Positions 23,701-33,384 of a stretch of DNA of 64,000 nucleotides are shown here, one piece after another. Numbering within the stretch: position 1 is the stretch's first letter; the number at the start of each line of letters is the position of its first letter. This stretch comes from Stegostoma tigrinum (lineage: Eukaryota), in NCBI RefSeq assembly GCF_030684315.1, contig NC_081370.1, forward strand, positions 34,366,728 to 34,430,727, given 5' to 3'. Made by a program: the position numbers and the translations under genes. The notes under the pieces were generated by a model. It was given only the letters and a program-made list of their open reading frames with translations, was not told where the DNA came from and made no database searches.

Positions 23701-23811
23701 ACTGCATTAACTTTCACACCAAAGCAAGAAGATGATAATTGTCAGTTCCAAGTTAATATTATCACTGAGATGGACCCAGTCAGCAGATATTTCAAACTGA
23801 AATTAAGTTGA
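2439..23811 (+). CDS. NCR3LG1-like: Gene A (5'-partial, 10 exons in window): B7-H6-like receptor, [leader-V outside window]-C1-TM-(Ig)x6-ITIM-Ig-stop
   Basis: Ten AG..GT-bounded phase-1 exons join into one open frame ending at TGA 23809-23811. Exon order and sizes mirror gene B. Confidence 0.88.
4243..4353 (+). CDS. NCR3LG1-like: Gene A transmembrane exon (111 nt)
   Basis: tttcag|AG..AAAG|gtacca. Encodes EPERDSSVGTVVWSVFGTFIICAALLFIAWFYWRNKK, a hydrophobic helix followed by a basic stop-transfer. Confidence 0.92.
4462..4649 (+). mobile_element. Penelope-like terminal fragment with 12-bp target-site duplication
   Basis: TCCCCATAGTCT at 4450-4461 and 4650-4661; the body matches the 3' end of the 28585-31401 element. 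Confidence 0.85.
4520..4547 (+). ncRNA. Minimal type I hammerhead ribozyme motif within the Penelope-like terminal repeat
   Basis: CTGATGA-A-GGG(TCTAGG)CCC-GAAA-CG-TC: conserved core, short stem II and palindromic ACGT stem III. Confidence 0.7.
5010..6920 (-). mobile_element. Patchwork of old LINE/SINE remnants
   Basis: Segments recur at ~8620, ~38400-38580, ~44880-45050 and ~62390-62700; family not assigned. Confidence 0.5.
6938..7227 (-). mobile_element. tRNA-derived V-SINE (HE1-like)
   Basis: A box TGGCTCAGTGG, B box GGTTCGATTCC and the V-domain GGAGTTTGCACATTCTCCCC..GGTTTCCTCCC. Confidence 0.85.
10173..10613 (+). CDS. Gene A post-TM Ig domain 1 (441 nt; atypical, long insert, no canonical Cys)
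   Basis: tttattag|TT..GCAG|gtaaac. Encodes VPPEIIE..IDYHVSGFRP..LILEVYH. Homologous to 56925-57356. Confidence 0.88.
10871..11245 (+). CDS. Gene A post-TM Ig C1-like domain 2 (375 nt)
   Basis: ctaaag|TC..ACAG|gtatgt. Motifs LVCSIIGFKP, ITW and YICEVQH. Confidence 0.93.
11369..11680 (+). CDS. Gene A post-TM Ig C1 domain 3 (312 nt)
   Basis: ttttcag|CC..TTCA|gtaagt. Motifs LQCQIHSFYP, ITW, DGLY and YACQVSHESL. Confidence 0.95.
11740..12077 (-). mobile_element. V-SINE (HE1-like)
   Basis: Same B box and V-domain as 6938-7227. Confidence 0.8.
12771..12952. repeat. Palindromic element made of two inverted Penelope-type termini (second family)
   Basis: Arms of about 90 bp around 12860, with a CTGAGGA..GAAA motif. 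A related palindrome lies at ~16890-17120. Confidence 0.75.
13237..13557 (+). CDS. Gene A post-TM Ig C1-like domain 4 (321 nt; F-strand Cys replaced by Met)
   Basis: ctgcag|TA..TTTG|gtaagc. Motifs LSCKAYDFFP, IFW and FKMQILH. Confidence 0.92.
13710..14033 (-). mobile_element. V-SINE (HE1-like)
   Basis: tRNA-like head and V-domain. Confidence 0.78.
15434..15745 (+). CDS. Gene A post-TM Ig C1 domain 5 (312 nt)
   Basis: caacag|GA..CCAG|gtaggt. Motifs MTCRVTNFLP, AAW and FSCQVSH. Confidence 0.93.
16528..16836 (+). CDS. Gene A post-TM Ig C1-like domain 6 (309 nt; B-strand Cys replaced by Val)
   Basis: ttttcag|CT..AAAG|gtgagt. Motifs FSVTLTKYAP, IKW and IRCEVFHP. Confidence 0.92.
17345..17392 (+). 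CDS. Gene A 48-nt micro-exon encoding GIKNEESPYSDLLKDE (ITIM consensus SPYSDL)
   Basis: gtttctgtgctcag|GT..GAAG|gtaaag. Phase 1-1 and frame-preserving; not in the ORF track. Confidence 0.72.
18110..20880 (-). mobile_element. Degenerate CR1-like LINE (ORF2 remnants, internal deletions)
   Basis: Minus-strand remnants EYCVLFWWPSCRKDVVKL..QKRLTRML, KENPKRFYKHI and GDHFGTSEHN. Confidence 0.85.
21080..21543 (-). mobile_element. Rex1/Babar-like LINE 3' end (continues at ~22150-22255)
   Basis: DPSHP..LPSGRRYRSLNTRTSKFRNSFFP motif. Confidence 0.7.
21544..22148 (+). mobile_element. CR1 fragment fused to a Penelope-like 3' end, nested in the Rex1-like LINE
   Basis: LAVEGVQRRFTRSIPGM..DLIETYK up to ~21725, followed by the Penelope terminal repeat. 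Confidence 0.75.
23519..23811 (+). CDS. Gene A terminal exon, post-TM Ig domain 7 with stop codon
   Basis: ttttacag|GG. Translates GVSQITCETPHPQAGQPVTISCTVTGSSLEDTHITWYKD..FTTALTFTPKQEDDNCQFQVNII..VSRYFKLKLS*. Found manually; not in the ORF track. Confidence 0.87.
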
Positions 23812-23904
23812 GTTGGTATGGCAGTTTCTGAAACAGTAATCAATGTATTCTGATTTAGTAGCTACAAAGTGGAGGGATATTCTTGCTTACACTTCATAAT
23901 GTAT

Positions 23905-23910
23905 AATAAA
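23905..23910 (+). terminator. Candidate polyadenylation signal of gene A (alternatives at 24002 and 26549)
   Basis: AATAAA 94 nt after the stop codon. The region is AT-rich, so specificity is low. Confidence 0.4.
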
Positions 23911-24344
23911 ACATTTCATAGTTGAAATGTTGGATTTGGGATCAACATTAGCTTTGTTTATTTTATCTTCATCCATTTTAGTCTGAGATTTACTGGTCAC
24001 TAATAAATTTATCCTGGAGCATTGTAATCTCTATATTTTCTACTTGAATGAACAGTACTAATATTTTTGTTCTTGTTAGCTGAATGATCAAAAGCAATGG
24101 AGAAAAGCCATTAACTAGCTAATAACAGATTGAATATTAAAAATATACCTTAAAAGCCAATCTTTGTGTCAAAACAGAATATATTAATGAAAGATAGTCA
24201 CAACTGTTACTGTGAAGGGGGAAATGGCTGCTAAAATAAATTCCACATAGCATGTGGACTGAGAGAGAAGTGTGAAAAAACCAGGATAAAGTGTGAGGAA
24301 ATATTGTGTGATATCACCTTCAGTGTTGCTTTTGTTCACAGTCA

Positions 24345-24940
24345 TGACTGGCCTGAAACAACACAGTGTTGGAGCTGGAGGAGCAAAGCAGGTCAAACAG
24401 CATCAGAAAGTTGACGTTTCAGGTTGGGACGCTTGGAGGGTGAAGGGAGCTCAGAAATAAACAGAGAGAGAAGAGCTGGGGCTGGGGAAGGTAGGTGAGA
24501 TGGTGGTAGGTGAAAACAGGGAGTGGTGGGGATTGGTTAGCGGATGGGTGGGACACACAGGTGGCAGGAGAAGATGGACAGGATGTGTCAGGTCATGGAG
24601 GCAGTGATGAAAGGGAGGGTTGGATATGGGATGAGGCCGGGGTGGGAAGACTTTAAAACTGGCGAATTCTATGCTTAGGCCATCAGGTTGTAGGCTCCTG
24701 AGGCAAAATATGAGGTGTTGCTCCTCCGGTTTGCATTTGGTGCCATTGTGGCACTGGAGGACGCCCAAGATGGACATATCACCCAGGGAGTGGGAGGGAA
24801 GTTAAAATGGCTGGTAAGCGGATGGTGTTGCCGTTTGTTCATCATGCCTGTAATGTTGCACATGACCTCTTGAATAGAGAAATTGGCTCTGGTGTCTCCA
24901 GTTGCCATTTTCTGTATACATTGTGTGCAACCTTCTCCTG
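24345..24940 (-). mobile_element. Old Penelope-like fragment (GIY-YIG C-terminus and terminal repeat), possibly within the gene A 3'UTR
   Basis: MSILGVLQCHN..EEQHLIFCL.SLQP.GL.IEF. Confidence 0.75.
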
Positions 24941-27900
24941 CAATGCAAAAAATGTAACAACCATATGTGCCTGAGATAATGTTGCGTAGTACCAATGTTA
25001 TTGAGTAAGTTGAGGTTGCAGCAGTGGTGAGAGCAGTTGGAGGAAAATAGACTGGTAAAGTAATTGTAGGAAGTGAAGTAAAACAGGGGAGCAGAATGTT
25101 AGGAGTAGTTGTAGGTGTGCGGAGAACCATTGAGATAAGAGGTGGAATTCCTGGCCATATCTGAAAGATTTGCCAGAACTGCAGCTATGTCCTATGAGCT
25201 AAGATGACATTAGTTTCCTTCGTTGTCTTATTTTTGTGTTGATACTTGAAAAACTTTCTAGCTCTTGGTTGTTTCAGCTAAGTGTTGTGTCTATGAGGCT
25301 AAAGTTGCTTGAAGCCTAATCCTTTGATTAGTAACAAGTATCTTGCTCGGATTTATGAATTTTCAGCCTGCAAATGGCATGTGCGTTTTGATACTCATCC
25401 CACTCTAATGGAGCAGAGAAATGAGTAAGTAGTATATATTGTCCCACTTCAGTTTGATAGGTATTTTTAGTTTTCAAAGAAAAAAATCAATTAGTTTAAT
25501 TCAAGACTCAGCAGTGCTGAAGATATACAGTAATAGCATAATTGAAGAGACAGCTCAATACCATAACAACGTGTGTTTTTGTGCTGTTTAGGAAGCCCAC
25601 TTTATAGTTCATTTCATACACAAAGTACATTACTTTGTAATAATAAGGTGCATTTGTTGATGACTATTGGATCCACTTTAAAATGAAGACAGTTTATTCA
25701 CAGACTGTTGTTTGGATGCTTCATCTGAAAATTTATGAACAAACAGTATTAATAACCATTTCAAAAAATGGAAACTTTGTGAACTATTTTTGTATTCCAC
25801 ATTTGAGAATATGTCTGAATTTGCCATTTTGCCAAGGTGTATGTTTATGCAATGTTACTATATTGGAACAGTTATTTTTGTATTTTGACTACCTATTCAA
25901 CTAACTGAAAATTATTATTTGAGAAATAGTTGCAATAATAGATATTTCTGCTTTTTCCTCTTGACTCTTCCCCAACAACACACTCTTTCTGAATTGGAAA
26001 GATAATTCAAGAATCTTTTCCAGCACAAAATCTAAACTGACACCTCGGATTAGTACCAAGGGAAGTCCTGCAGTGCTAAGAATACTGTGTCCTCCATATG
26101 ACACATTAAAAGCAGGCCCATTGACCTTGTGGTCATTGTAATTGTGGCTGCCTTTTTGGGCAGATGATTTATATTAGCTAGGAATTAGAACATGTTTCAA
26201 TTCCTCTAACCTTTTCTGGCTAACTATTAATGTATGCAATTGGAAGCCTTCTGAAGTTGATTACTGTGACTCAGAGTTGACAACTTTTGTAGAGACTTCC
26301 AAATGGCTGGTAATTGTCCATTAGAAATTACGAGTTGCCAAGACATTATTGGAGAGTCAATGTCATTCCCCAATTATCAGGAAACCAAAATATCTGGGCC
26401 ATTGTATGAAATGGCTTACAATTGAGATTTGTTTTTATTAATATCAATTTAAATATCAATTTTAATTGTTTTTTTAAAAAAGTCAAATTAAGATTTAGTT
26501 GACAGAACTTTCTTTGTATCTATTTGGTGTTTAATTTTTGTATATGTAAATAAAGTATATATTTCTGTATTCTAAGTTCAGCAATATTGTCACTTCATTG
26601 TAGGAATGTAAAATAGCAGTAATTGGATTTTGTGTTTGCCAAGATAGAAGAGTCATTGACTTTCATTTCACCACTCCCTCGATCACAACATAAATTTAAA
26701 AATATTTTACCCAGGTTCCCTATTTGGTGTATGCTTTCTATATATTATACTTGGAATTAAAAGATCCATCAACTGGATATCTTTGCTAAACACAAAATTA
26801 ATTTATTTTGAAATAAAACGGTCCAATAAAGATGCAGAATTGGTTAACACTCTCAACTTGTAATCTGAAAAATATAAACATCTGCCGGCTGTGATGATGC
26901 AATGGGTTTAAGAGGTTATTTTGTCCTTTTTTTTTGTAGAGCGGTTGTAAGGCAAAGCCGGCTGGGTAATGTAAACAACTTGGGAGGCTTTGGCTTTTTT
27001 TAAAAAAAGTAGCCTGAATGCGATGTGGCCAGCTCTCTCAGATCATTATCTATGGGGTGTTGTGGACCAGACCAGATCCCCTAAAATTATTTTAAGGAGG
27101 TCACCTAGCTCCAAATTTTTTCTTATTTTAAAGGCAGATATAAAGCCCCATGTTGCAGATACAATGCAACTGGTCAAACTACTCGCCGTTAAGGACGTCC
27201 TATCTAAAAGTTGGGAGAAATTGCTGCATCTCAATGCATTTGCTGAGCGCCAAGGTGAGTTTCTCACAGGCAGCAGCTAATGGCCAATTAAGAGGGATTA
27301 TAACTTGTTAAATGCTTTATTAACATCACAAATCACCTCATTAATATTCAGCCTCCAGACTTACCAAATGTGCTGAACAAACTAGACTTCAGTAATTCTT
27401 ATAATGGAGGGTGGTGGAGGCACCTGGCAACTTTAGCTCACTGCCAGCTGTACTGTTGTGATGTGAAGCAGGAGGATTTATACATGAATATACATCCAAA
27501 GAAAGCCTGAGAAGGATGCCATACTTGAGGGAAGTGTTGTCCAAAGTCAGGAGTGACCTGGTTTCAAGGGGAATGCAGTCAATGATCACACCTGACATGG
27601 TTACTTCATATGCAAGGGGCTGGTTGGGAAAAATAGGCACATGGGTTGGGTGGGTACTTTGGGAAATGTGAAGCCTGTGGTGTCAACAGACAGGGCCACC
27701 AGGAAGGAAATATTTATGTTTGGGACGTTCCAGCTGAGTCTGGAAATCATTGGTTGCGGAGTGCTCGCTGTGCTGTGATGGAGATGAAAAGAGCTATCAC
27801 GACACTGAGTGGATGAGCTAAGTGACTCGACCTTTAAGGAACGGCACTGCAACCAGCACTAATCCTGAGGCTTTTAGTGGGAAAGAACGTTGGTCAAAAT

Positions 27901-28584
27901 CCAGTGCAATGTACAACACGGACTGCCTACTCCATGACTGTCCTACAATGTTGACCCTGTTTGTACATGGAATCTCCCTGCTACAGCTGCTGCTGGTAAA
28001 CCCTTTGACAGATACATCCTTCACAGAGGGAGCTAACAATTAAGAATATTGAATGGGGATGGACAAACGTGTCACCATTGGCCAATGTCAGGTGTATGCA
28101 CCTTTTCCCCAGATGCCTATTCAGGGAGCAATGTACGTAGCCATAAAGTACTGCTGGAGGTCTTCAGATGCATTTACTGTCTACATAGAAATTAACAAAC
28201 TCCTGACAGTTCACACCAAAAACATTTATGCAGAAAGTTATATTGCCTTCTACCTTTTATTATATAAGCCTCTAAAATACCTTCAGTAGGTTTTCTTCAC
28301 GCTCTCCCTCCCATTGAGTCATTCTACAGTCTCTGGCTCCCCAGTTGTAGAGAGGGCCAGCCAGAAGTGAAGCCCTTTGGCCGTAGAATGTTGGTGGGAT
28401 AACCACAGGGCCAAGTGTCTGGATGGGTCTGACGTACTGAAGGTCGCCTTTTCTAGAGGCAGCTTGAACCTCTTAGGGTCAGAGAGGTCAAGTAGGATTT
28501 TGGCTTCAGAAGCTCAGAGACAGGAAGTGTTTCAGAGGCGAGACACATTTTCTCTACGAGAAAGCAGGAAATATCTTAGTAGGA

Positions 28585-31401
28585 GAGAGATAATGGGAAC
28601 TGCAGATGCTGGAGAATCCAAGATAACAAAGTGTGAAGCTGGATGAACACAGCAGGCCAAGCAGCATCTCAGGAGCACAAAAGCTGACGTTTCGGGCCTA
28701 GACCCTTCTTCAGAGAGGGGGATGGGGTGAGGGTTCTGGAATAAATAGGGAGAGCCCCGCCCACGGCTGACAACCTCATCGCTCCGCCCACAACCTCCAC
28801 AGCCAGCAAACCCCAGAGTAGACAGCCACACTGAGCCCTGCCGAATCTTCACCATCCCCCCAGACGTCCCACTGACTGAGGACGAACGGTCAGTCCAAAG
28901 CAAGGGGCTCACCTTTGTCCCCCTACAACCACACATCAACGCATACCAGTCACGTTTGGACATAGAGCAGTTTTTCCGCCGCCTTCAACTCCACGCTTAC
29001 TTCTTCAACCGGGAACCTAACCCTCCCTCCACTGACCCCTTCACCCGTTTCCAACACAAGTCCTCCTCCTGGACACCACCTCCAGGCCTCCTACCCTCCC
29101 TCGAACTCTTCATCTCCAACTGCCGTCGAGACATTAACCGCCTCAACCTCTCCACCCCCTCACCCACTCCAACCTCTCCCCTGCAGAACGGGCAGCCCTC
29201 CGCTCCAACCCCAACCTCACCATCAAACCCGCAGACACGGGTGGCGCAGTGGTAGTATGGCGCACTGACCTCTACATTGCCGAGGCCACCTCCTATCGCC
29301 CCCTTGATCATGACCCTACCCCCAAGCACCAAACCATCATCTCCAACACCATTCATGACCTCATCACCTCAGGGGACCTCCCACCCACAGCCTCCAACCT
29401 TATTATTCCCCAACCCCGCAGGCCCGTTTCTATCTCCTTCCCAAAATCCACAAACCTGTCTGCCCTCGTCGACCCATTGTCTCAGCCTGTTCCTGCCCCA
29501 CCGAACTCATCTCCAACTATCTGGACTCCATTTTCTCCCCTTTGGTCCAGGAACTCCCTACCTACGTCCGTGACACCACCCACACCCTCCACCTCCTCCA
29601 GAATTTCCAATTCCCTGGCCCCTAACACCTCATGTTCACCATGGACGTCCAGCCCCTATACACCTGTATTCCGCATGCAGATAGCCTCAAGGACCTCCGC
29701 TTCTTCCTGTCCCGCAGGCCCGACCAGTCCCCCTCCACCGACACCCTCATCCGCCCAGCCGAACTCGTCCTCACCCTCAACAACTTCTCTTTTGATTCCT
29801 CCCACTTCCTACAGACAAAGGGGGTGGCCATGGGCACCCGCATGGGCCCCAGCTATGCCTGCCTCTTTGTAGGTTACGTGGAACAGTTCCTCTTCCGCAC
29901 CTACACAGGCCCCAAACCCCACCTCTTCCTCCGTTACATTGATGACTGTATCGGCACCGCCTCTTGCTCCCCAGAGGAGCTCGAACAGTTCATCCACTTC
30001 ACCAACACCTTCCACCCCAACGTTCAGTTCACCTGGGCCATCTCCAGCACATCCCTCATCATCCTGGACTTCTCAGTCTCCCTCTCAGGCAACCAGCTTG
30101 CAACTGATGTCCATTTCAAGCCCGCCGACTCCAACAGCTACCTAGAATACACCTCCTCCCACCCACCCTCCTGCAATAATTCCATCCCCTATTCCCAATT
30201 CCTCCGCCTCCACCGCATCTGCTCCCACGATGAGGCATTCCACTCCCGCACATCCCAGATGTCCAAGTTTTTCGAGGACCGCAACTTTCCCCCCACAGTG
30301 GTCGAGAACGCCCTTGACCGCGTTTCCTGCAACACATCCCTCACACCCTGCCCCCCGCCACAACCGCCCAAAGAGGATCCCCCTTGTTCTCACACACCAC
30401 CCCACCAACCTCCAGATACAAGGCATCATCCTCCGACACTTCTGCCATCTACAATCCGACCCCACCACCCAAGACATTTTTCCATCCCCACCCTTGTCTC
30501 CTTTCTGGAGAGACCACTCTCTCCGTGACTCCCTTGTTCATTCCACACTTCCCTCCATCCCCACCACACCCGGCACCTTCCCCTGCAACTGCAGGAAATG
30601 CTACACTTGCCCCCACACCACCTCCCTCACCCCCGTCCCAGGCCCCAAGATGACTTTCCATATTAAGCAGAGGTTCACCTGCACATCTGCCAATGTGGTA
30701 TACTGTATCCATTGTACCCGGTGTGGCTTCGTCTACATTGGGGAAACCAAGCGGAGGCTTGGGGTCAGCTTTGCAGAACACCTCCGCTCGGTTTGCAATG
30801 AACAACTGCACCTCCCAGTCGCGAACCATTTCAACTCCCCCTCCCATTCTTTAGATGACATGTCCATCATGGGCCTCCTGCAGTGCCACAATGATGCCAC
30901 CCGAAGGTTGCAGGAACAGCAACTCATATTCTGCTCGGGAACCCTGCAACCCAATGGTATCAATGTGGACTTCACCAGCTTCAAAATCTCCCCTTCCCCC
31001 AACGCATCCCAAAACCAGCCCAGTTCGTCCCCTCCCCCCACTGCATCCCAAAACCAGCCCAGCCTGTCTCTGCCTCCCTAACCTGTTCTTCCTCTCACTC
31101 ATCCCTTCCTCCCACCTCAAGCCGCACCTCCATTTCCTACCTACCACCTCATCCCGCCTCCTTGACCTGTCCGTCTTCCCTGGACTGACCTATCCCCTCC
31201 CTACCTCCCCAGCTATACTCTCCTCTCTACCTATCTTCTTTTCTCTCCATCTTCGGTCCACCTCCCCCTCTCTCCCTATTTATTCCAGCACCCTCACCCC
31301 ATCCCCCTCTCTGATGAAGGGTCTAGGCCCAAAACGTCTGCTTTTGTGCTCCTGAGATGCTGCTTGGCCTGCTGCGTTCATCCAGCTTCACACTTGATCA
31401 T
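28585..31401 (+). mobile_element. Near full-length, frameshifted Penelope-like retroelement (RT plus GIY-YIG endonuclease)
   Basis: RT motifs TMDVQPLYTCIP, GVAMGTRMGPSYA and RYIDD; GIY-YIG motif NVVYCIHCTRCGFVYIGETKR; inverted 3'-end copy at 28585-28752; 13-bp TSD TATCTTAGTAGGA at 28572 and 31402. Confidence 0.93.
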
Positions 31402-31699
31402 TATCTTAGTAGGAAATTAGTTTGTGCAATGTCCAGACCAGGAATATTTGGTTAGAAATCTGCAAATCCTTAAAAGACTGAGAAAATATAAACTTTCAGT
31501 TTCGTGGCTGATCATGTAAGATAATTAATATTCACAGGAAAGAAATAGGAAGAATCAGATGCATCAAATTTAATGATGTGGGACAATGGGCTAACTTCTC
31601 TGAATTTTGATCACTGTAAAGTGATGGCTTTAGGGAACTGATGAGACTTTGCTCTGTATTTTCACTGACATCCATATTTAGGGTGCTTAGTTAGTTTCA

Positions 31700-32054
31700 A
31701 AGAGACATATAAACATGTAAAATAATCAGAGGCTTAGATAGGGTGGATAGGGAGAGCCTTTTTCCTCGGATGGTGACGGCGAGCACAGGGGGCGTAGCTT
31801 TAAATTGAGGGGTGAAAGATATAAGACAGATGTCAGAGGTAATTTCTTTACTCAGAGAGTAGTAAGGGAATGGAACGCTTTGCCTGCAATGGTAGTAGAT
31901 TCGCCAACTTTAGGTACATTTAAGTCGTCATTGGATAAGCATATGGACATACATGGAATAGTGTTGGTTAGATGGGCTTGAGATCGGTATGACAGGTCGG
32001 CACAACATCGAGGGCTGAAGGGCCTGTACTGTGCTGTAATGTTCTATGTTCTAT
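31700..32054 (+). mobile_element. CR1-like LINE 3' end (an opposite-strand CR1 end follows at ~32060-32530)
   Basis: TYKIIRGLDRVD..FFTQRVV.EWNALP remnant and a (GTTCTAT)n tail. Confidence 0.8.
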
Positions 32055-32553
32055 AGACAATAGAGTTCAGCCCATCATGCCTGTACCAGCCATCAAACAC
32101 CTCTCCATTCCCACTTTCCAGCACTTGCTATGGTAAGCGTTCTTCGAAATGCTTCTTAAATGTTGCAATGATTCCTCTATTACCCTTCAAGTCAGTGAGT
32201 TCAAGAAAGCCTCTGGATGAAAAATTCTTCCTTAAACCCCTTCTAAATATATTTGCCCCTTTTCTTAAAAGTCTGAATCTGGTTATTGATCCCTCTATTA
32301 AGGGGAAAAGTTTCATCCTTTCTATTCTATCTATGCCCCTCATAACTTTATATACCTCATTCAGATTCCCTATCAACCTTCTCTCCCCAAAGGAAAACAA
32401 CCCAAGCCTGTCTCCATATCACAGTGAGTCTCCTCTTCTTCCTGTCCAGGTTAATTACATCCTTCCTTTAATCTTGGCAATCAGACTGCACACAGTACTC
32501 CAGCTTTAGCCTAAATAACATCTTACACCAACATCCATCTTAACCCTGTGATC

Positions 32554-32772
32554 AGAGATAATGGGAACTGCAGATGCTGGGGAATCTGAGATAACAAAGT
32601 GTGGAGCTGGATGAACACAGCAGGCCAAGCAGCATCTTAGGAGCATAAAAGCTGACGTTTCGGGCCTAGACCCTTCATCAGAAAAAGGGTCTAGGCCCGA
32701 AACGTCAGCTTTTGTGCTCCTAAGATGCTGCTTGGCCTGCTGTGTTCATCCAGCTTCACACTTTGTTATCTT
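32554..32772. repeat. Palindrome of two Penelope-like termini
   Basis: Inverted arms centred at ~32680, flanked by CATCTTAACCCT at 32536 and 32773. Confidence 0.85.
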
Positions 32773-33384
32773 CATCTTAACCCTACCTGTTCTTTTACTC
32801 AATGCCTTGATTAATAAAAGCAGGTATTCCACATATATTTTAACCCTCAACAATCTGTCCTGTTGTCTTTGTTAAATTTTACTTTGTTTTCCGTTAATGA
32901 AAATCTGCAGACTTGTGTACTCACCTTTCAGTAAATGACTACACTAAACTCGAAACAATCAATCAAATGAGATTTGGGTTGCCCAATAGTAACATGGACT
33001 GAGATCATAACAAGTTGCCCTGGTAGCCCTCAGTAATATGACAGGCTTGCTGACTTCATCATGTGGAATTGTGACCACCCTTCCTTTGAGCACAAAATCC
33101 TGGTAGCTCCCAGAGATTTATCTAATTTCATCTATACCCACAACTGGGCCTTTGCAGGAATTTACAGTGCAGTTGGATCCACAATCTAGTGTTGTCTGCC
33201 AGCACTCAGAACAAGAAAGAGTCTTTCTTTCTTTTACCTGTAGTCTAGGGCTGTTTAATAACTACTCTCAAGTTGTGACTTCCAGCACACTGATGCATCA
33301 GGGCACTAACGCATGGACCAGGGGTTGCAGTCGGTTTTTAACCTCCTTTGTGTTTATCCCCGTGAAACAAAAATAATTCAAAAA

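Noticed and set aside
10173-23811. Scarcity of N-glycosylation sequons as evidence for topology
   Set aside because: Sequons do occur in post-TM domains (NRT and NET in gene A; NIS and NLT in gene B), and the numbers are too small to be informative.
27389-27640. Harbinger transposase DDE remnant (GVIIDCIP)
   Set aside because: This is a single weak motif, not enough to call without a profile search.
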